Part shown: positions 26,968-28,395 of the stretch, piece by piece | Layout of the letters: each line of letters begins with the position of its first letter | How positions within the stretch are numbered: the stretch's first letter is position 1 | Source of the DNA: a virus | Taxonomy: Duplodnaviria > Caudoviricetes | Virus record (IMG/VR): IMGVR_UViG_3300005512_000250 | Span: 1 to 28,395 of that record | Strand: one strand, 5' to 3' | DNA: 28,395 bases | Notes under the pieces: model-generated | The model's input: the letters and a program-made list of their open reading frames with translations, nothing else | What the model was told of the DNA's origin: nothing | The model's database searches: none | Program-made: the position numbers and the translations under genes

Positions 26968-27013
26968 GGCTCCCCTACACTGCACTCGTGTGGTGTAGGG
27001 GGGCCACCTTTTT
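26968..27013 (+). terminator. Long GC-rich hairpin followed by a short U-tract (intrinsic terminator/attenuator-like)
   Basis: ggctcccctacactgca-ctcg-tgtggtgtaggggggcc gives a 17-bp stem with three G-U pairs, followed by acctttttc. Confidence 0.65.
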
Positions 27014-27032
27014 CATGCAACGGAGGTAGCAG

Positions 27033-28395
27033 ATGTCACTTGCACAAAGATTCTACGACTTGTTCAAGGGCAGTGATATCGCCCATGGGACATACGTCGT
27101 TAAAACGAGTCGCGCGAGTGATGGGAAAAAACAAGGCACAGCAAAGGTAATCCGCGAGGCCACCACAGTAGCGATGTGGGAGGAGCACCTCAAAGGGGGC
27201 ACGGGGCTGGGTATTATTCCCATTCGTAGCGACAACACCTGCCAGTGGGGCGCGATTGATATCGACCAGTACGATGTCAGTCACAAGCAACTGGTAACCA
27301 CACTGCGGGAGAACAAGATTCCCGCCGTGGTAGGCCGCACCAAATCGGGCGGCGCACATGTTTGGATATTCCTAACCGAAGCCATTGAGGCCGAGGAGGT
27401 TCAGCGCAAGATGACTGAGCTTGCCGCCGCGTTGGGGTTTTCGGGCAGTGAGATATTCCCCAAGCAGTCCACTATTTTGTTGGAGCGTGGCGATACGGGC
27501 AACTTCCTCAACATGCCCTATCACGGGGGAGCAAAGTCTACCCGCTACGGTTTTGACGACAACGGCGAAGGGTTGACGCCCGAGCAGTTTGTGGAATACG
27601 TTAAACCGTTCGTCGTCACGCCTGCCAAGTTCCGCAAGCTGAACGTATCGTTTGGCACTAAGGACGGCATCTTGGAGGAAGGCCCGCCCTGCCTCCAGCA
27701 CTTGTGTAGCAAGGGCTTTGGCGAGGGGTCGCGCAACAACGCGCTGTTTAATCTGGGCGTGTACGCACGCCTGTACGACCCCGACAACTGGGAGGTGCTG
27801 GTCCAGCGTTACAACATGGACTACCTGCACCCGCCCCTGAGCCATAACGAAGTGGGCACGGTCATACGCCAGCTAAAGAAGAAGGATTACTTCTACAAGT
27901 GCGAAGACCAACCCATCAAGCCGTTCTGCGACAAAGAAATATGCAAAGGACGCAAGTACGGTGTCGGCCCTAGTGGGGTGGGCAGTGATATGTCCAGCCT
28001 TACCAAGATCGATGGTGACCCACCTATCTGGATACTCAACGTCGATGGCGAGCGCCTAGAGCTCAGCACCAATGGGTTGACCAGCCAAGCGCAGTTCCAA
28101 AAGGAGTGCGTGGCGCAGATCAACAAGTACCCCATCGCTGTAAACCAACGGGCGTGGCAGACGCGCATCCAAGCCCTGCTGGATAACCTGACCATAGTGG
28201 AAGTGCCGCCCGATGCTACGCTTAAGGGCGAGTTTGAAGACTTACTGCACGCCTTCTGCTGTGAGCGGGCCAAGGGCGAAGAACGTGACGACATCCTGCA
28301 AGGTGTGGCGGTTTGGACCGAGGGGCGCGTGTACTTCCAAGTAAAGGATTTGAAAAAGCACTTGTCGGTGAACGACTTTAACCACTACACTTCCA
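27033..28395 (+). CDS. Archaeo-eukaryotic primase (AEP) superfamily primase, 3'-truncated by the window end
   Basis: Not in the ORF track because it has no stop in the window. GGAGGT RBS, then MSLAQRFYDLFKG. Motifs AIDID, TKSGGAH, EIFPKQ and GNFLNMPY, followed by PPCL...GSRNNALF and a Cys cluster. Frame stays open to the end. Confidence 0.88.
   Translation, partial: MSLAQRFYDLFKGSDIAHGTYVVKTSRASDGKKQGTAKVIREATTVAMWEEHLKGGTGLGIIPIRSDNTCQWGAIDIDQYDVSHKQLVTTLRENKIPAVVGRTKSGGAHVWIFLTEAIEAEEVQRKMTELAAALGFSGSEIFPKQSTILLERGDTGNFLNMPYHGGAKSTRYGFDDNGEGLTPEQFVEYVKPFVVTPAKFRKLNVSFGTKDGILEEGPPCLQHLCSKGFGEGSRNNALFNLGVYARLYDPDNWEVLVQRYNMDYLHPPLSHNEVGTVIRQLKKKDYFYKCEDQPIKPFCDKEICKGRKYGVGPSGVGSDMSSLTKIDGDPPIWILNVDGERLELSTNGLTSQAQFQKECVAQINKYPIAVNQRAWQTRIQALLDNLTIVEVPPDATLKGEFEDLLHAFCCERAKGEERDDILQGVAVWTEGRVYFQVKDLKKHLSVNDFNHYTS

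Larger units (their letters stand above)
1..28395. mobile_element. Segment of a tailed dsDNA bacteriophage genome (podovirus-type virion module plus start of replication module)
   Basis: Dense co-oriented genes with many TAATG/ATGA overlaps. Tail fibre with S74 chaperone motif, adaptor/nozzle-like proteins, large Ala/Gly/Gln-rich internal proteins, SNF2 helicase, SSB-like gene and AEP primase. No host housekeeping genes. The HTVC023P-like assignment rests on remembered gene order only. Confidence 0.95.

Noticed and set aside
26931-27013. Possible tRNA in the structured intergenic region
   Set aside because: No cloverleaf, T-loop GTTC motif or acceptor stem; only two simple hairpins.

Overview
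This window is a 28.4-kb segment of a tailed dsDNA phage genome with podovirus-type organisation. Gene content and order resemble the marine HTVC023P/CRP-345-like group; this is recognition from memory, not a database search, and GC looks well above SAR11-phage levels by eye. Positions 16-23436 (+) form a tightly coupled virion module: probable head-decoration proteins, small basic proteins, head-tail adaptors, a tail fibre with a C-terminal S74-type chaperone, a nozzle protein and four large internal/ejection proteins with their own sigma70-like promoter. A SNF2-type helicase (-) and a divergent replication operon (+) follow, separated by a 329-bp AT-rich control region. That operon holds two small genes, an SSB-like gene and an AEP primase that runs off the window end. 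The most striking observation is the 1129-aa ejection protein. Its two repeat arrays are exact mirror images in spacing (12x18, 11, 18, 11, 25, 11, 18) around a central GAFGG turn, with covarying Arg/Glu anchors, which implies a very long antiparallel helical hairpin whose arms expanded in concert. Short peptide tags are also shared between otherwise unrelated virion proteins. No tRNA, CRISPR array, integrase or IS element was seen.
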